Positions 47,617-57,272 of a stretch of 64,000 nucleotides of DNA are shown here, piece by piece. The notes below the pieces were generated by a model. It was not told the DNA's origin. It did not search any database and worked only from the letters and a program-made list of their open reading frames with translations. Position 1 is the stretch's first letter, and each line of letters begins with the position of its first letter. This DNA is from a virus. The DNA lies in the IMG/VR virus record IMGVR_UViG_3300042332_000715, positions 3,211 through 67,210 of that record, one strand, 5' to 3'. The position numbers and the translations under genes were made by a program.

Positions 47617-47617
47617 A

Positions 47618-48055
47618 TTAAGAAATGGCTATCAAAAAGGATTGTGTGAAACGCCAGCGGCGTGTTTGAGGCTCTTGGCCCATACATCCTATTGTATTAG
47701 CTTTGCTGATACATTGCACGATTTTCCCACCTGTGGAGGTCGCTACCACGTTCTTCAGCACGTCCTCCCAGATCACAGGTAAGGCGTTAAACGCCTCATT
47801 GTGGTCGTGGGCTCGGACGTGGACCTCGACCAAATTCCGCTCGGTGTGCTCTCCGCTCATATTTCGGTCGTCTAGACGACCCTTACCGTCAAAGCAGAGA
47901 ATAGCCTTGTCAGGCTGATCTTGCATGTGATTCACGTACACGGCGAAGCCGAGATTAGTTGCCTTAGTTAAAATGACATTGGCGAATAAGCCCGCAGGTG
48001 ACTGTTGTGGGGGTAAAGTCGTAGTAGTTGTCATGCTGAAGCTATTGCCTGCCAA
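47618..48055 (-). CDS. tail terminator / completion protein
   Basis: position; DQPDKAI, VEVHVRA; likely starts at MTTTTTLPP. Confidence 0.6.
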   Translation of the reverse strand: MAGNSFSMTTTTTLPPQQSPAGLFANVILTKATNLGFAVYVNHMQDQPDKAILCFDGKGRLDDRNMSGEHTERNLVEVHVRAHDHNEAFNALPVIWEDVLKNVVATSTGGKIVQCISKANTIGCMGQEPQTRRWRFTQSFLIAIS

Positions 48056-48417
48056 AAGAGGTACGAAGCGTCGTCTACGTTATTTTCGACTGCCACTTCG
48101 AGGTATTTTACCTCGTATGGTTCATCGTGCTGGTAAACGGCGTATTGAGCGGGAACCCGCTCTCTGCCGTCCTTGAAGAATCCCTTGACTGGAAAGCCAA
48201 ACCCGACAACGGCTACGGCGTCCCAGCCGCTACCTTCGACGAAATAATCACCTGAAGCACGCAAAGCACCTGTATCGACAGGCGTAATATCGAGGGAATC
48301 CTTGAGGATTTGGCGAGCAACGCCGCCTAGCCCTTGGGCATATGCCTTGCCAGTATCCTTGTGGTACTTGCGTAGGGCTTTCTCTAGTTCTTTTATTCCC
48401 TCGACTTTTACCTTCAT
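48031..48417 (-). CDS. HK97 gp10-like neck protein
   Basis: VEGIKEL, TPVDTGALRAS, YAVYQH, KYLE. Confidence 0.8.
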   Translation of the reverse strand: MKVKVEGIKELEKALRKYHKDTGKAYAQGLGGVARQILKDSLDITPVDTGALRASGDYFVEGSGWDAVAVVGFGFPVKGFFKDGRERVPAQYAVYQHDEPYEVKYLEVAVENNVDDASYLFWQAIASA

Positions 48418-48689
48418 GGATCAGTCTTTAAGTTAGGTATTTTCTTGTCGATCTTGTCAAGAGCGCATTTAAGTCCGTCCAATGCGTCAGCATTTCGCTC
48501 TAAGTGAACTGCCGTCTTATCTAAGTGCTTCGAGGTTTCTTCGAGGTGCTTAACAGCAGCATCCTTCAATGGGATCGCTACGTGGTCGAGGAGAATCTTT
48601 GTGAACTTGTAGATGCCATATAGAAGGGCACAGAGAACGGCAAAGGCTACGCCATTGTTTATGATGAATTGGATTGTTTGTTCGGACAT
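48414..48689 (-). CDS. single-TM plus coiled-coil protein (holin-like candidate)
   Basis: NNGVAFAVLCALLYGIY followed by an amphipathic helix. Confidence 0.5.
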   Translation of the reverse strand: MSEQTIQFIINNGVAFAVLCALLYGIYKFTKILLDHVAIPLKDAAVKHLEETSKHLDKTAVHLERNADALDGLKCALDKIDKKIPNLKTDP

Positions 48690-49036
48690 TATGCATACGC
48701 TTCAAATAGAGTAACGGAACGGGTTTTCAGCATCGGCGTCTCCTCTACCATGATTATCTCATGTACTCCGGTATTGCTTTTTGGTACTGTAGGGCTGGTC
48801 AGGCTGGCTAAAGACCCTTTACGGACCATGCCTTTAGGCTGTAGCCGCGATTGGGTGATTAGCTCGATCTTGGAGAATACAGGAGATCCATCTTCGGCGA
48901 ATACTTGTTTGATGGCTTCGTCCCATCTACAAGTCATCTGTGCTGGTGCGGCATACGTTGGTTGGCCGTATCTATCGGCCCCTGTATACGCCCAGTACAC
49001 CATCGTATCTTTCTGTACTTCTCTTATGATTCTCAT
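48689..49036 (-). CDS. head-closure / head-tail adaptor protein
   Basis: DRYGQPTY..P...CRW motif; position. Confidence 0.65.
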   Translation of the reverse strand: MRIIREVQKDTMVYWAYTGADRYGQPTYAAPAQMTCRWDEAIKQVFAEDGSPVFSKIELITQSRLQPKGMVRKGSLASLTSPTVPKSNTGVHEIIMVEETPMLKTRSVTLFEAYA

Positions 49037-49416
49037 GCGACTTCTGTACCTGCCCAGAAGAATTGCTTCAATCCTCCACCCGTAATGACTCGGTTGTTCC
49101 AGGCGGCTAGCCGCCCCGAGCTATCGAGCATCATGGCAGTTGCTCCGAAGTGCGTAATACCAAGGCCGCTATCGAGCTTGGTATCGTATCGTACTTGCAG
49201 ACTCTTGACCTTTTCCATGCTCACACGCGGGTCGCTTACGGCGACGAGGTGTGCTGCAAGGTATCGCGTAACTAGGTCAAACGTGGCATCGTCTAAACGA
49301 TCTCCTACGACGTTCGTAAGCATCAGTACAGCATCGTCGATGAACGGCTGTACTTCTGGTATTCTGTCAGCAGCAAACGCCACTAATCGCCTTACGTCGT
49401 CCTCGGTGGTTGCCAT
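49033..49416 (-). CDS. head-tail connector protein
   Basis: RYLAAHL, T.FG...LD motifs; position. Confidence 0.65.
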   Translation of the reverse strand: MATTEDDVRRLVAFAADRIPEVQPFIDDAVLMLTNVVGDRLDDATFDLVTRYLAAHLVAVSDPRVSMEKVKSLQVRYDTKLDSGLGITHFGATAMMLDSSGRLAAWNNRVITGGGLKQFFWAGTEVA

Positions 49417-49991
49417 TAGTTCTTCCAGGTAAGTAAAGAGCCTTTATGTATTTTCTTGACGCCGTTGGCGTCGTAGATCTCGTAGAACGGATAAGCACCC
49501 TTAGTCGGCTTCGCCGTCTCGTCGATTACGTGCTCGGAATCGTTCTTCCAATCCCAGCCATTCTTGACCCATTGCGGTAATACACGCTCTCGGTCGTAGT
49601 CGCACCAGCGACAGGACTTGATGGTGTATTGGATGACCGTGTTGCGTAGTTTCTTGGGCTCCGCTGGCGGAGCAGCTTTTGCCGCTTCATGCAGGCTATC
49701 GTGCAGGTCCAACATTTCCTCGCGGCTCAGGCCGCTAACATCTTGCTTATGGTCGTTCTGTAAGTGATCTTCGATCTTACCTGGAAAGGACCAATGGCGA
49801 TTCGATTTTGGTTTTACCTCAGGTTTTACCTCAGGTTTTACCTCAGGAGCCGGTGAACCGGAATCGATAGTTTTGTCTTTTGGCTGGTCATCTGTGATGA
49901 TGTTAATAGGTTGGTCTAGTTCGATTGGTCGAACAGTAACCGTACATCCTACAGCAAACAAACATAAAACGATCAGTAGTAAATTTTTCAT
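49416..49991 (-). CDS. lipoprotein with a C-terminal thioredoxin-like CxxC domain
   Basis: lipobox AVGC, PEVK x3 linker, YTIKSCRWC, YPFY. Confidence 0.65.
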   Translation of the reverse strand: MKNLLLIVLCLFAVGCTVTVRPIELDQPINIITDDQPKDKTIDSGSPAPEVKPEVKPEVKPKSNRHWSFPGKIEDHLQNDHKQDVSGLSREEMLDLHDSLHEAAKAAPPAEPKKLRNTVIQYTIKSCRWCDYDRERVLPQWVKNGWDWKNDSEHVIDETAKPTKGAYPFYEIYDANGVKKIHKGSLLTWKN

Positions 49992-50896
49992 ATTGAACCT
50001 GGATTCACTTTAGAGCCTGGGAATACCCAGAAAACGTGTGTTTTGGCACATTGCCACAAGCTGCTCATCGTGATTAGTCCGAAGCCATCTTCTCCCCACC
50101 CAGAGCCGCCTACGCGACCTAAGAGTGGATTCTTGGATGGACCCCAAGAGTTCTGGATGTCGGGATGGACTAGATCCTCGCCACCTACCCATTTACCACT
50201 GTGCAATAGCACAGCATGATTTCCGAAACCTGCCGACTGTTGAACATAGCCTTGACGTAACGCCGAAAAAGATCGGCCTGCGTGGACGGCTATTTCAACT
50301 TGGTGATCCCGAGCCAAAGCGGAAGCAATGGCGATCTTGAATGTCTGATAGTCGGTATTAGGGACTCGAAAAGGCTCGAACGATTGGAATGTTTTTGCCG
50401 CTTCATCTGCTGCCTTCAGCAGCGGTTGATTGACTTGGCGGCGGTTGAATGCTGTTAGCGGGAACAGCATCTCGACTCCGTTTACTCGGAGTTTTACGGG
50501 AGCTACGCCCCCTTGCATCGTATAGTTCATGTTGTCTATCAACTGTGAACCACCATCGCGTCCGCGATTGACGTTCATGTATAAGTGGCTATCAGCCAGA
50601 AATACTTCCGCCATGCCGTCAAGGGCTCGACGATTGTGATATGCAGCAATAGTTGCGCTGCTGGCACACTTACCGACCGAGCCTTGGTTGACAATCAAGC
50701 CACTTCGCAGTCGTCTAAACGACTTGTATTTATCGCCCTTCAGCGACTTCTCTATATCAGCCGGATCGAGAAATCGATCTTCGCCGTATAGCGGATAACG
50801 CAAAGCGTTTTCGGTATCTTCCTTGGTAGGCATCAAAAGCCCAGTGGCTACTTGCGAGCCATCGGGCAATGTGATTACGTCGTACTCGTTACTCAT
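49988..50896 (-). CDS. papain-like (C1) cysteine peptidase
   Basis: NQGSVGKCASSA (Gln/Cys), GNHAV (His), IQNSWG (Asn), WGEDGFG. Confidence 0.88.
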   Translation of the reverse strand: MSNEYDVITLPDGSQVATGLLMPTKEDTENALRYPLYGEDRFLDPADIEKSLKGDKYKSFRRLRSGLIVNQGSVGKCASSATIAAYHNRRALDGMAEVFLADSHLYMNVNRGRDGGSQLIDNMNYTMQGGVAPVKLRVNGVEMLFPLTAFNRRQVNQPLLKAADEAAKTFQSFEPFRVPNTDYQTFKIAIASALARDHQVEIAVHAGRSFSALRQGYVQQSAGFGNHAVLLHSGKWVGGEDLVHPDIQNSWGPSKNPLLGRVGGSGWGEDGFGLITMSSLWQCAKTHVFWVFPGSKVNPGSI

Positions 50897-51276
50897 TTAA
50901 GTATGTCCTCAAGTCCGTTCTGCCATTTGACGACTTTGCGTAGGCCAGTAACCTTACTGTCGGCAACCTCTGCCGCTGCTAGCAGCGGAGGCTCGACTTT
51001 AAGGCTTGCAGCCTTCGCAATCACTTCCTGCCAGTTAGGATCGTCTTGGTCGATGACTAGCCACCCCTTGAAGCCATGCTTCTCTACGAAGCTCTTAGCT
51101 TCACGAATGGCGATTACCTCATCGACGCTTGGCGTCTGCTTTTCGTGTACACAAAGTAGTAAGGTGCCGTTAAGCGATTTACCGCTATCCGGCGATTTAC
51201 TCGGTAGTAAATAACTCGCCCCGAAGATAAACAAAGCGAGGAATATGACCGCTAACGGTCCTGGTTTGTTGTCCAT
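50893..51276 (-). CDS. membrane-anchored hypothetical protein
   Basis: N-terminal TM segment. Confidence 0.65.
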   Translation of the reverse strand: MDNKPGPLAVIFLALFIFGASYLLPSKSPDSGKSLNGTLLLCVHEKQTPSVDEVIAIREAKSFVEKHGFKGWLVIDQDDPNWQEVIAKAASLKVEPPLLAAAEVADSKVTGLRKVVKWQNGLEDILK

Positions 51277-51279
51277 CGT

Positions 51280-51600
51280 TTACTCCTTTGGAGGAGTAGG
51301 CGATGCAATCTCGGATAGAACAGTGACCAAGGCCGCAACGCCTTCCTTCGAGCCGTGCTTTTCCATGTAACGCAGAACGGCTTCGGTGTATTGTAATGCT
51401 ACGGCTCGGTCAGGGACGCTAGGAGCGTCCGGCTGGCCTTTCATAGATTGCTTATGTAGACGTTCTAAAACGTCCTCAATAATTGAATCACGTTTGTCGT
51501 TAACTGGCAACAAGGGCTTCACAAGCCGCCAGATTGCCCAGATACCACCAGAACCGCCGACTACGGCGGCGATGACTGCAAGAATTGTTTGTAGATCCAT
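51280..51600 (-). CDS. membrane protein
   Basis: N-terminal TM segment ILAVIAAVVGGSGGIWAIW. Confidence 0.65.
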   Translation of the reverse strand: MDLQTILAVIAAVVGGSGGIWAIWRLVKPLLPVNDKRDSIIEDVLERLHKQSMKGQPDAPSVPDRAVALQYTEAVLRYMEKHGSKEGVAALVTVLSEIASPTPPKE

Positions 51601-51602
51601 AT

Positions 51603-51878
51603 TTATGCCCCGTATCGGATTGCTCCGACAAATACTTCATCGTCTTTTTGGTCTAAAACAGACAAGCCCGATACTTGCCTGTTGGAAAAATACTGAAACA
51701 CCGCCATAAGCACTTGAATGAACAATGCGATTAAGGCAGGATCAATAGCTTTGGTTCTGCGATCTTCCTTGACTAGCCGCTCGTATTCGACTCGATTGCC
51801 GCTTGCAGCGGCCCAGTGAGTCCTAGCGACCTGTACTGCAAGTCGCTTGTGTGCCAATGACAGTTTCTTTCTGAACAT
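51603..51878 (-). CDS. membrane-associated hypothetical protein
   Basis: IDPALIALFIQVLMAVF hydrophobic segment. Confidence 0.6.
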   Translation of the reverse strand: MFRKKLSLAHKRLAVQVARTHWAAASGNRVEYERLVKEDRRTKAIDPALIALFIQVLMAVFQYFSNRQVSGLSVLDQKDDEVFVGAIRYGA

Positions 51879-51883
51879 TTCGT

Positions 51884-52114
51884 TTAGCCTTGTACTAGCT
51901 CAAACTTAGGTCGGCCCCAGATTGCAATTAGGTCATCGTCGGATTCGACGATATCACCTGTGAAATAAGCCTTAGATCCGACGCGGTGCTTTCCGCCTAG
52001 AACCTTGAACTTGCGTTTAGTGCTCTTTACTTCGGGAACCGAAGCAGGAGCCTCAACGACAGGAGCCTCAACGACAGGCTCGGTAGATGTAACTTCGTCT
52101 TTGGATTTCGCCAT
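51884..52114 (-). CDS. small virion protein
   Basis: follows the capsid gene; VVEAP repeats. Confidence 0.6.
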   Translation of the reverse strand: MAKSKDEVTSTEPVVEAPVVEAPASVPEVKSTKRKFKVLGGKHRVGSKAYFTGDIVESDDDLIAIWGRPKFELVQG

Positions 52115-52136
52115 GATAGATAATCACCCTTGGTAC

Positions 52137-52178
52137 AAAAATACCGCCCACTCAGGGGTGAAGCTGAATGAGCGGTAT
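52137..52178 (-). terminator. terminator after the major capsid gene
   Basis: ATACCGC / GCGGTAT outer stem followed by TTTTT on the - strand. Confidence 0.7.
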
Positions 52179-52207
52179 GGCGGGACGAGGATTTGAACGA
52201 CTGCTAA

Positions 52208-53320
52208 TTAAGCAGTTGTTGCGTTTCCAGTGAAGTGAACAATACCGCACTTGGAGTTTTGATCCGTTTTCATCAACGGAACCATCATCGCCATGACTCG
52301 GAAGTTAATGGTTTCACCGCCATCGGTTGACCATTGAACTGTTCGAAGATCCATACCCATCAAGACCGAAGCGGTCATTGGGTCGCGTTGAACCATGAGC
52401 AATTGGTTTCCAGTCAAGTAGTCCAATTGTTGGACACTTGCGATGCCTGGAATTCCCAGCAACTTGTTGTAGACGTTAGGTCCAGCATAGTTAGCTGTGT
52501 AATCTTGCATCATGTACTGCATCAACGCTGGGCTATAGAACAGGTTGTAAGGCCCGTACTGATAATCATCGTGAGCTTCCTGAATCATCTTCAGAACGCT
52601 GTTGAACAGCATGCTTGGGGTCCATCCAGCAACCGTTGGGTTGAGGAATGCACCAGTCGTTCGTCCTGGGAAGTTGGTCAAACCATAAAGGCTTTGTCCA
52701 CCGTAGGAGTACGATCCCCAAGTACCGAGAACTAGCTTCTCAGCAGCTTCAGCGACCTTACGTCCGCAGTATTCGAGCATGTGAACAGGAAGTCGCTGTC
52801 CGGTCTTACGAGCGATAGCGATTTCGCGTGCTTCGAGGCTGAATTCCTTGTGGATGATCGGCAATGGAATGCTGACCAAATCAACAACAGTTCGGTCGTT
52901 ACCAGTGTTCGACTTAGGCGACATGCTGATAGTAGCATCGTCGATGTCGCTAACTCGTTCGTACTGATAGATCGAGTGGCTGTAAGCCTCTGGGAAGTTG
53001 ACCGATTGGCCAGCAGCTTGCAGAGCGTTAATCAATTGGAGACGAGGACGCGCGACTTCTACGAGTCGTTGATCCAAGAACTCCCATTCATTCTTGCGGA
53101 GCACGGCTCCGGCGTTGGTTGCCAACTGTGCTTGATACTGACGATTACCGTTATCGTCGTACTTGCCGTTCCATACTGGAACGTAATCGCGTCCGTCGCT
53201 TCCGACGAAAGGTCGGAACGACATATAGTCGCCTGCTTTAAGCAAACGGCTTGCAACGGAGCCAGAAGCGTCGAAGCCTTGCCCGTTGTTTACAATAAAC
53301 TCTGTTTGTACTTCACTCAT
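52208..53320 (-). CDS. major capsid protein (HK97 fold, linocin/encapsulin-like)
   Basis: IPLPIIHKEF, LYGLTNFP, GPYNL; position after protease and decoration genes; terminator downstream. Confidence 0.85.
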   Translation of the reverse strand: MSEVQTEFIVNNGQGFDASGSVASRLLKAGDYMSFRPFVGSDGRDYVPVWNGKYDDNGNRQYQAQLATNAGAVLRKNEWEFLDQRLVEVARPRLQLINALQAAGQSVNFPEAYSHSIYQYERVSDIDDATISMSPKSNTGNDRTVVDLVSIPLPIIHKEFSLEAREIAIARKTGQRLPVHMLEYCGRKVAEAAEKLVLGTWGSYSYGGQSLYGLTNFPGRTTGAFLNPTVAGWTPSMLFNSVLKMIQEAHDDYQYGPYNLFYSPALMQYMMQDYTANYAGPNVYNKLLGIPGIASVQQLDYLTGNQLLMVQRDPMTASVLMGMDLRTVQWSTDGGETINFRVMAMMVPLMKTDQNSKCGIVHFTGNATTA

Positions 53321-53347
53321 TTTTGATCTGTGAGGCTTTCTTTGGGA

Positions 53348-53809
53348 TTAGGCAATTCGAACGAGCATTAGTTGTTCACCAGAAGTCGTTCCTGCTTCTT
53401 CAGCAGTAGCGAAAACTTTAGGAACAGGAGTTGTACCGATTCCGGTAGCTGCTACGAGCAATCCGGCGTTGTTGACCATCAACCTGTCGCCGATAGCGAG
53501 AGTCACGCCAGTTGGAACTCTTGCGTAACGCAAGGCACCAGCAGGGCTATACTCAGCTCGGGCAGGGGCACCTGCGGCATAAGCCACATCGACGCCTCCG
53601 GTGGACCCGTCACCTTGGAACTTATCCTCGATAACGAGGAGAGTCGGAACCGAAAGTCCTTGTGTCGCTACAGGAGTTAGTTCGTCAGCGGAAGTCCGAG
53701 CAACGAAAGTTCCTGGCTTGATCGAAGTACCAGAAGCGGTAGGCTTCTCGATCATTGGTCCTTCGACTTCGGTATTCTTGATAATTGTTCTTGCGTTTGC
53801 AGTCGTCAT
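53348..53809 (-). CDS. head decoration / cement protein
   Basis: Ala/Gly/Thr-rich, 153 aa, between protease and capsid genes. Confidence 0.7.
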   Translation of the reverse strand: MTTANARTIIKNTEVEGPMIEKPTASGTSIKPGTFVARTSADELTPVATQGLSVPTLLVIEDKFQGDGSTGGVDVAYAAGAPARAEYSPAGALRYARVPTGVTLAIGDRLMVNNAGLLVAATGIGTTPVPKVFATAEEAGTTSGEQLMLVRIA

Positions 53810-53816
53810 GGCTTAA

Positions 53817-55169
53817 TTAGCTCTTTGCGAAAGAAGGAGGAGGAAGGGGAACCGATTCGCTGGAAGCGGTGGAACCGCTTGCTTGGTTGCCCACGAAAGC
53901 CTCGCCAGCGTAAACGCCGGAGTTTTGCTTAGGAGCAGGAGCAGCGATAACAGTTGCCAACTTGTTAAGGTGTGCGGTCGAGAAGGAAGCTAGTTCTTCC
54001 TTGGTGAATGAATCCTTGGTGTTCGCCACGATCTTGTCGATCAGAGCTTCTCGCGTCTTGACTGCTAAATCAATCGCGTCGTTGACTTGGTTCTTAACGC
54101 CTTCCGAAGCATGTTCGAGCAATTCGGAAACCGAATTACAAACGATCTTCGCGGGCGATTGAACTGGTGCGGGAGCGGGAGCCGGTGCAAGGGCTTTCTC
54201 GAAAGCCTTGAACTGGTCGTCGCTCATGTTCGTTACGAACTCAGCGTGTTCGCTGCCGAGCTTGTTGATGAGGTCTTTTCGTTCCATGTTCTCTTGTTTT
54301 TGGTTTTGGACTGAGTAAGTAACTTTGCGAGTTACAGGTGTCGCATTACCTATTAGTTTAACTAATCCAGATTCTATTGCATAATTTTGGCGAAAATAGG
54401 AAGATTCCCCTTGACTGGACTTTTCGAACACGACATATTTGTCATATACGGCTACGATGTAGGCGTAAATATTCGGGCCTTCAGCCGTCATTACTTCATG
54501 CTCTGCATATACAGCCTGCCTTACCTGATCTACAATTTCGGTGAGGTTCTTAGCATTACCTACCAGCTCCGGTAGCTGTTCAGGTCTAGAAGGCTTCTCA
54601 GCCTTATTGACGAGAAGCCCCGCACCATCTTTAAGTGAGCAGGCACCTTCCCCTGATAGGATGATTGCCAAGTGGTCAGGACGATAGTTCGTCGCCTTTG
54701 CGACGTATTCGTTGTTAGCAAACGTACCTTGTAAGGGCTGTGCATCGATATACAATCCTGTAGATACTTCGAGCTTCTCGCCTGCGTGTAACGCAGCTTG
54801 AACAATCTCGGCTCCTGGTACTTTGCCTAAGCGGTCGATCTCGAACCACGCTTCAGCGACTAGTCGCTTTTTGCGTTTATCGTACTTGGTGTTGAGGACC
54901 ATCCCTACAGCGTGCTTCTCTAGGGATTCGGGCGAAGCCCCCGACACCTTAGTACCATCGGACGTTTCAGGGTGGTTAATGGTGATTGGCTTGGCATTCC
55001 AAGCAGGCACCGACATAGCAATGTCATTGCCCTCGTAATACACTGGACCCGCAGAACCTTTCCAGACGCCTTCGACGATCATGGAAACAGGAGCTACTAG
55101 GTAGTTTCGGCCTTGTAAAGTCTTTTGGGATACCTTAGCCGACGCTAGGTTCGCTATCAGTTTTTCCAT
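53817..55169 (-). CDS. prohead protease / scaffold (DUF2213-like)
   Basis: KPITINHP, LEVSTG, PDHLAI, GACS..DGAG; helical C-terminal scaffold region. Confidence 0.85.
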   Translation of the reverse strand: MEKLIANLASAKVSQKTLQGRNYLVAPVSMIVEGVWKGSAGPVYYEGNDIAMSVPAWNAKPITINHPETSDGTKVSGASPESLEKHAVGMVLNTKYDKRKKRLVAEAWFEIDRLGKVPGAEIVQAALHAGEKLEVSTGLYIDAQPLQGTFANNEYVAKATNYRPDHLAIILSGEGACSLKDGAGLLVNKAEKPSRPEQLPELVGNAKNLTEIVDQVRQAVYAEHEVMTAEGPNIYAYIVAVYDKYVVFEKSSQGESSYFRQNYAIESGLVKLIGNATPVTRKVTYSVQNQKQENMERKDLINKLGSEHAEFVTNMSDDQFKAFEKALAPAPAPAPVQSPAKIVCNSVSELLEHASEGVKNQVNDAIDLAVKTREALIDKIVANTKDSFTKEELASFSTAHLNKLATVIAAPAPKQNSGVYAGEAFVGNQASGSTASSESVPLPPPSFAKS

Positions 55170-55455
55170 CTTCGGAATACTCCAATACGTTCTTTTCGTT
55201 CCAGTAAGCTACAATTCCCACGAAAGCAGGAATGTGGATGTTCCATACAAAGTTGACGATACCTTTATCGATCTCACGGAGATGATATTCGCATTGCTCG
55301 ACGATTTCATCGTCACTCAATTCGCCTTCAACTTCGACCATGCTGTTGACGAGATAGAGGTCTGCAACATCCATAGCGAATAGTGCCGCAGACTCTACGT
55401 CTTTTTGTTTCATAGCTGCTACAAAAAGTTGAGCAGCAAGTGGGTTAAAGTGCAT
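55135..55455 (-). CDS. hypothetical protein
   Basis: TAATG coupling to the portal gene. Confidence 0.5.
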   Translation of the reverse strand: MHFNPLAAQLFVAAMKQKDVESAALFAMDVADLYLVNSMVEVEGELSDDEIVEQCEYHLREIDKGIVNFVWNIHIPAFVGIVAYWNEKNVLEYSEDGKTDSEPSVG

Positions 55456-56972
55456 TATCGTTTGGGCCTTTGTTGGGTATTAGTTGGGGTCTTGTTAGGG
55501 TCTTTCGATTGTCCTGGCTTCGGCATTTTGGGGATCGAGCTTGGGATATTGCCATTCGCCGAGCCTGATAGAACTGATTTCAGTTCAGCCAGGACTGGCG
55601 AGAATTCAGTCTTATCTGCGGCCATGATTGCTTGTACCATTTGGGCCGAGAAGCCCATGACCTTGCCAAGATATTCAGGCAATGGAATCAAGGCTTCGGC
55701 ACCCGAAGTCGCGTATCTTGCTAAGCCTTCGGACATCTTGGCAGCTACTTCGGCTTGCTCAATGATTGAGAGCGGAGCCATAGGCTCCCATCTCACCATA
55801 TAAGGTAATGGCTGATCTTGCTGCGGCTTTGGTTCTGGGAGAACCCCTGCCTGGATAAGACGATCAAGCGTTGGCCTAATGATGTATGGCGTTACGTGAC
55901 GCTCTTTTCTAAGAGCAATACGTTCTCGCCAAAGAATGGTGTCCTGCGGGCTGTCTAGCTGGCCTTGCTGCGATCCTATGAATGTCTGCATTGGGATGCC
56001 TTTATTCATGGCAATCAGCATCAATAGGTTCTTAGTGTGATTGGTAGGGTCGGCTACCTGTGGCAATAGCGATTTAACGCTTACGCCGACCATAGTGATG
56101 TACCGCTGCAATCCTTCGGCATACAGCTTTACGTCCTCACGTAACGCTTCGCGTTCTTCTGCGGAGAAATCGCCGTGTTTGGGATCAACTTCGAAGCTAA
56201 GCCCTGGGAAGGCACCCTTCCAGAACATCTCACCAGAGCCTCCTACGACCTTGCGTAGATCGAGGAGACGGTTGTACACGGATTCCATCCGTGGGGCACC
56301 GAAGATCTCGGATTCAATGCGATTGTCCGCTATGTGGACGACCCGCGACCAGTGGACTCGATGATTCTGAGCAGTTGTTTCGGTAGAGCTAGGATGCTCT
56401 TGGAACGTCAATGTGTAGTATCGTGGCTGTCCGTAACGCGGATTCGTCCGGTCGTCCTCAAATTCCATGATGGAAACAGAGCCTTCACCAAATACCCTGT
56501 AGTAGAGTATTTGTGCATCGCCACGCGATTCCAATGGTCCGGTTTCATCGAAGCCCGGTGCGGGCGTTTCAAACTCTCCGCCATCGTCGAAGCCGAGAAA
56601 TAGAATACCGAATCGTCCGATACCGCTTACGCGGTCAGCACGATGGAGGTAAGAATACAGATTGGTCTTGGCGTTTAGGCGGTCAACCGCCTTTTCGAAG
56701 TCGGTTTCGCGTTCTTCCTCGGTTTCATAGACGCTTGGATAGTCTTTCCAGCATTCGTCCGGCTGAATATCCACGACCCGATTGGCAATTTCATGGCGAC
56801 GATACATCGTCACGTAATCAGCAGGTGTGATAGTTTGGGGATAACCGCACATCTGATCGAGATTTCGATCTAGATTTTCGCCGTCCATAATAGGCACACC
56901 GGCTAACGCTCGGTCAAATAAGTTTGTGACCAGTTCTAGACTGCGAATGTGCTGAGTTGGATCGGGTTTCAC
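55455..56972 (-). CDS. portal protein (DUF1073-like)
   Basis: MYRR..IA.RVVD...ECW, PRYGQP, VHWSRVVHIA, GIP....G; position. Confidence 0.88.
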   Translation of the reverse strand: MKPDPTQHIRSLELVTNLFDRALAGVPIMDGENLDRNLDQMCGYPQTITPADYVTMYRRHEIANRVVDIQPDECWKDYPSVYETEEERETDFEKAVDRLNAKTNLYSYLHRADRVSGIGRFGILFLGFDDGGEFETPAPGFDETGPLESRGDAQILYYRVFGEGSVSIMEFEDDRTNPRYGQPRYYTLTFQEHPSSTETTAQNHRVHWSRVVHIADNRIESEIFGAPRMESVYNRLLDLRKVVGGSGEMFWKGAFPGLSFEVDPKHGDFSAEEREALREDVKLYAEGLQRYITMVGVSVKSLLPQVADPTNHTKNLLMLIAMNKGIPMQTFIGSQQGQLDSPQDTILWRERIALRKERHVTPYIIRPTLDRLIQAGVLPEPKPQQDQPLPYMVRWEPMAPLSIIEQAEVAAKMSEGLARYATSGAEALIPLPEYLGKVMGFSAQMVQAIMAADKTEFSPVLAELKSVLSGSANGNIPSSIPKMPKPGQSKDPNKTPTNTQQRPKR

Positions 56973-57056
56973 GGTACTTACCTGAGAAAGAATTAGAGAC
57001 GCTAATTCTGTATTGTACCATGATTGAAGATATTACCTCGATTTTCGAGGCTAAAC

Positions 57057-57240
57057 GAAAAACCCCGTCTAGGACGTAACTTATTTCCTAGACGGGGTAA
57101 TGCTGAAGCCGCGAAGCGACTTCGTTACAGATCCCACACATGGTAGGATTATACGAAAAACCCCCTCGGACGAAAGGATTAAAACTTCCGAGGGGGTCTA
57201 TGTAGCTTGCCGGTAAAGGAGGAGAGCAAACCCGGCAAGC
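57057..57240 (-). other. three consecutive long hairpins, two with U-tails on the - strand
   Basis: stems 57062-57074/57086-57098, 57160-57170/57187-57197 and 57205-57213/57232-57240. Confidence 0.7.
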
Positions 57241-57272
57241 AAGGAGGGGTTCAACCTGACAGTTGTACTTCC

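Noticed and set aside
52208-53320. Encapsulin nanocompartment gene
   Set aside because: It sits in a full head operon with portal, protease, decoration and neck genes, so it is the phage major capsid protein.
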